64,000 nt of DNA. Origin: Hemiscyllium ocellatum (taxonomy: Eukaryota). Positions within the stretch are counted from its first letter, which is position 1. The number at the start of each line of letters is the position of its first letter. This document shows positions 60,730 to 64,000 of this stretch, one piece after another. The position numbers and the translations under genes are program-made. Under the pieces are notes generated by a model. That model was given only the letters and a program-made list of their open reading frames with translations. It did no database searches and was not told where the DNA came from. The DNA lies in the NCBI RefSeq assembly GCF_020745735.1, contig NW_026867444.1, positions 124,001 through 188,000 on the forward strand. The letters run 5' to 3'.

Positions 60730-63700
60730 GTGAGTAGATTTGATAAGGGGGTGGGGGGCCCGTGGATATGGTTTGTTTGGACTGTGTAAGGGGAGTAGAT
60801 CGGTGGTTCTGTGGTCAAAAACAAGACTCACGAATAGCATGTTGCCTCCCAGTTGTACGGGTCAGGGATGTCTCAGATCGGCTGCAGCAAATTCTGAAGG
60901 GGGAGGTGAACAGCTAGCTGTGATGGTGCATGAAGGCACCGATGATATTGGTAATAAATGGAATGAGGTCCGACAAGAAGAATTTAGGGAGTGAGGAACC
61001 ATATTAAAATGTAGGATCTCAGAGGTAGTAATCTCAGGATTGCTCCCAGTGCCATGTGCTAGTCAGAGTCGAAATGAAAATATAGGCAGGATGAATGCGT
61101 GGCTTGAGAGATGGTGCAGGAGGGAGGGGTTCAGATTTTTGGGACATTGGGACTGGTTCCTGGGGAGGTGGGACAATTACAAATCGAGCCGTCTACACCT
61201 GGGCAGGACTGGAACCAGTGTCCTGTGGGATGTGTTTGATCACACTCTTGGGGTGGGTTCAAAATAGTGTAGAGGGATGGGAACCAAATGAGGAAGTTAG
61301 TGGGAAATAAGGAGGGAGTAACTAAAGCCTGTCAGAACCTAGATATTGAAGTCAGCGTGACTTAGGTTAAGAGTAGGTAGGGAACAGATGTTGAACGCAA
61401 AGGGACAGATGGTCTGAGGTGCATTTGTTTTAATGTGAGAAGTATAGTAGGTAAGGCAGAGGAATTTAGGGCTTGGATTAGTATCTGGGAGTATGATGTT
61501 ATTCCTATTACTGAGACTTGGTTGAGGGAAGGGCAAGATTGGCAACTAAATATCCCAGGATACAGATGTATCAGATGGGTTCGAGAGGGAGGTAAAAGGG
61601 ATGGAGGAGTTGCATTACAGGTCAGAGAGGATATCACAGGTGTGCTGAAGGAGGGCACTATGGAGGACTCGAGCAGTGGGGCAATTTGGGCAGAGCTCAG
61701 AAACAGGAAGGGTGCAGTAACAATGTTGGTGCTATCCTACAAGCCTCCTAACAGTGAATGGGAGATAGAGGTACAAATATGTAAACAGATAATGGAAAGA
61801 TATAGGAGTAACAAGGTGGTGGCAATGGAGATTTTAATTAACCCAACATTGACTGGGATTCACTTAATGTTCGAGGTTAAGATGGAGCAGAATTTGTAAG
61901 GAGCATCCAGGAGGATTTTACAGAGTGATGTGGAAATAGTCTAACTCAGGAAGGGGCCATACCGGACCTGGTGTTGGGGAATGAGCCTGGCCAGGTGGTT
62001 GAAATTTCAGTAGGGGATTATTTTGGTAACAGTGACCACAATTCTGTAAGTTTTAGAATGCTCATGGACAAAGACGAGAGTGGTTTTAAACGAAGAGGGT
62101 GAAAGTGGAGGAATGCCAACAATAGCAAAATTTGGCAGGAGCTGGGGAATGTGGATTGGGAGCAGCTGTTTAAAGGGAAATCCACATTTGATATGTGGGA
62201 GGCTTTTAAAGAAAGGTTGACTAGAGTCAGGACAGATATGTCCCTGTGAAAATAAAGGATTGAAATGGCAGAATTAGGGAACTCTGGATGACAGATGAAA
62301 TTGAAACTAGCTAAGAGGAAAAAGGATGCATACATAAGGTCTAGGTGGCTGAAAACAGGCAAAGCTTTGGAAGAATATCGGGAAAGTAGGACCAATCTGA
62401 AGTGAGGAATTAGAAGGGCTAAAAGGGGTCACGAAATCATTAACAAACAGGATTAAGGAAAATCCCAAAGCCTTTTATTCATACATAAGGAGTTAATGGA
62501 TGACTAGAGAAAGGGTTGGCCCACTCAAGGACAAAGGAGGAATGTTATGTGTGGAGTCGGAGAAAATTGATGAGATTCTTAATGAGTGCTTTACGTCGGT
62601 ATTCACCAAGGAGAGGGAAATGACAGTTGTTGAAGTTGGGGATAGATGTTTGATTACTCAGAGTCAAGTCAGTTTAAGGAGGGAGGAAGTGTTGGGTATT
62701 TTAAAAGGCATCAAGGTGGACAAGTCCCCAGGTTGGGATGGGATAGACCCTAGCTTACTGAGGGAAACGAGAGGGGAAATAGTTGGGTCCTTAACAGATA
62801 TCTTCGTAGCAACCTTGAACATGGATGAGGTCCCAGAGGACTGGAGAATTGCTCATGTTTAAGAAGGGTAGCCAGTATAATCCAGGTAACTATCAACCAG
62901 TGAGCCTGATGTAGTGGTAGGGAAGCTGCTGAAGAAGATACTGAGGGGTAAGATCTATTTACATTTGGAAGAAAATTGACTTATCAGTTATGGGCAGCAT
63001 GAAGTTGTGCAGGGAATGTCATGTCTTACCAACTTTATAGAAGTTTTTGAAGAAGTGATGAATTGATTGATGAGGGAAGGGCTGTGGATGTCATACACAT
63101 GAATTTGAGGAATGCGTTTGATAAAGTTCCCCATGGCAGCCTGATAAAGAAATTAAAGTCGCATGGGGTCCAGAGTGTACTCACTAGATGGATAGAGAAC
63201 AGGCTGGGCAACAGGAGACAGAGAGTAGTAGTGGAAGGAGTTTCTCAAAATGGAGAACAGGAATCCGTGCTGGTACCGCTCTTGTTTTGGAAAGACATAA
63301 ATGATCTGGAGGAAGGTATAGGTGATCTGATTAACAAGTTTGCAGATGACATTAATATTGGTGGAGTAGCAGATAGTGAAGGGGACTGTCAGAGAATGTA
63401 GCAGAATATAGACAGATTGGAGAGTTGGGCAGAGAAACGACGGATGGAGTTCAATCCGAGCAAATGTGATCTGATGAATTTAGGAAGATCCAAATCTGGA
63501 GTAAACTGTACGGTGAATGGAACACCCTGGGAAAATTGATGGCAAGAGAGACCTGGGTGTTCAGGCCCATTGTACTCTGGAGGTGGCAACACAGGTTGAT
63601 AGAGTGGTCAAGAAGACATATGGCATACTTTCCTTCATTAACGTGGTATTCAGTACAAGAGTTGGCAAGTCCTGTTAGAATTATATCAGATTTTGGCTTG

Positions 63701-64000
63701 GCCACATTTGGAATACTGCCCACAGTTCTGGTTGCCACATTTACAGAAGGATGTAGATGCTTTGTAGAGTGTGCAGAGGAGGTTCACCAGGATTGCCTGG
63801 GATGGAGGGTGCTAGCTATGAAGAGAGGTTGAGTAGTATAGGATTATTTTCATTAGAAAGTCAAACATTGAGGGGGGACCTGATTGATGTCTACAAAATC
63901 ATGAGAGGTGTAGAAAGGGTGAATAGCAAGAAACATTTTCCCAGAGTGGGGGACTCAATTACTCTGGGTCATGAGTTCAAAGTGAGAGTGGAAACATTTA
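60730..64000 (+). mobile_element. Decayed CR1 LINE (ORF1 esterase and ORF2), runs off the window end
   Basis: MVHEGTDDIG, NAWLERWCRREGFRFLGHWD (ORF1); MRSIVGKAEE...ITETWL (EN); NAFDKVPHG and KFADD (RT). Confidence 0.88.

Noticed and set aside
87-63832. Most remaining short ORFs in the six-frame track as host genes
   Set aside because: They are fragments or antisense frames of CR1, Tx1, PLE, SINE or simple repeats, with no splice-consistent gene model.

Overview
Repeat-rich vertebrate genomic DNA, almost certainly from a shark or other cartilaginous fish. The HE1-like V-SINEs, Deu-domain SINEs, CR1 LINEs and shark-type Ig sequence support this; species is not determinable from sequence alone. 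The only clear host gene is one intact, unrearranged immunoglobulin kappa (type III/NS4-like) light-chain cluster on the minus strand: promoter, leader (40340-40292), V with 12-RSS (40105-39807), 23-RSS with J (39308-39274), an 11.7-kb intron and C (27570-27242). An inverted, 5'-truncated C-kappa remnant lies at about 14576-14890. The rest is mostly transposon sequence: a Tx1-type LINE fused to an ORF1-only relative, many decayed CR1 and L2-group LINEs, Penelope-like elements (PLEs), a Gmr1-type Gypsy fragment, a retrovirus-type RT relic, SINEs, MITEs and simple repeats, plus one 138-N gap. The most striking structure is a set of seven ~200-540 bp fold-back insertions made of two inverted PLE tails, each flanked by a 9-17 bp target-site duplication. 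They carry minimal hammerhead-ribozyme cores whose helix III is a family-specific palindrome (ACGU, AGCU, probably AAGCUU), which implies dimer-dependent self-cleavage. Candidate Ig regulatory sites are a strong CTCF motif downstream of C, an Ets-IRF/E-box/Runx cluster upstream of V, and a weak kappa-deleting-element-like cryptic RSS. All alignments and translations were done by eye; no database searches were run.
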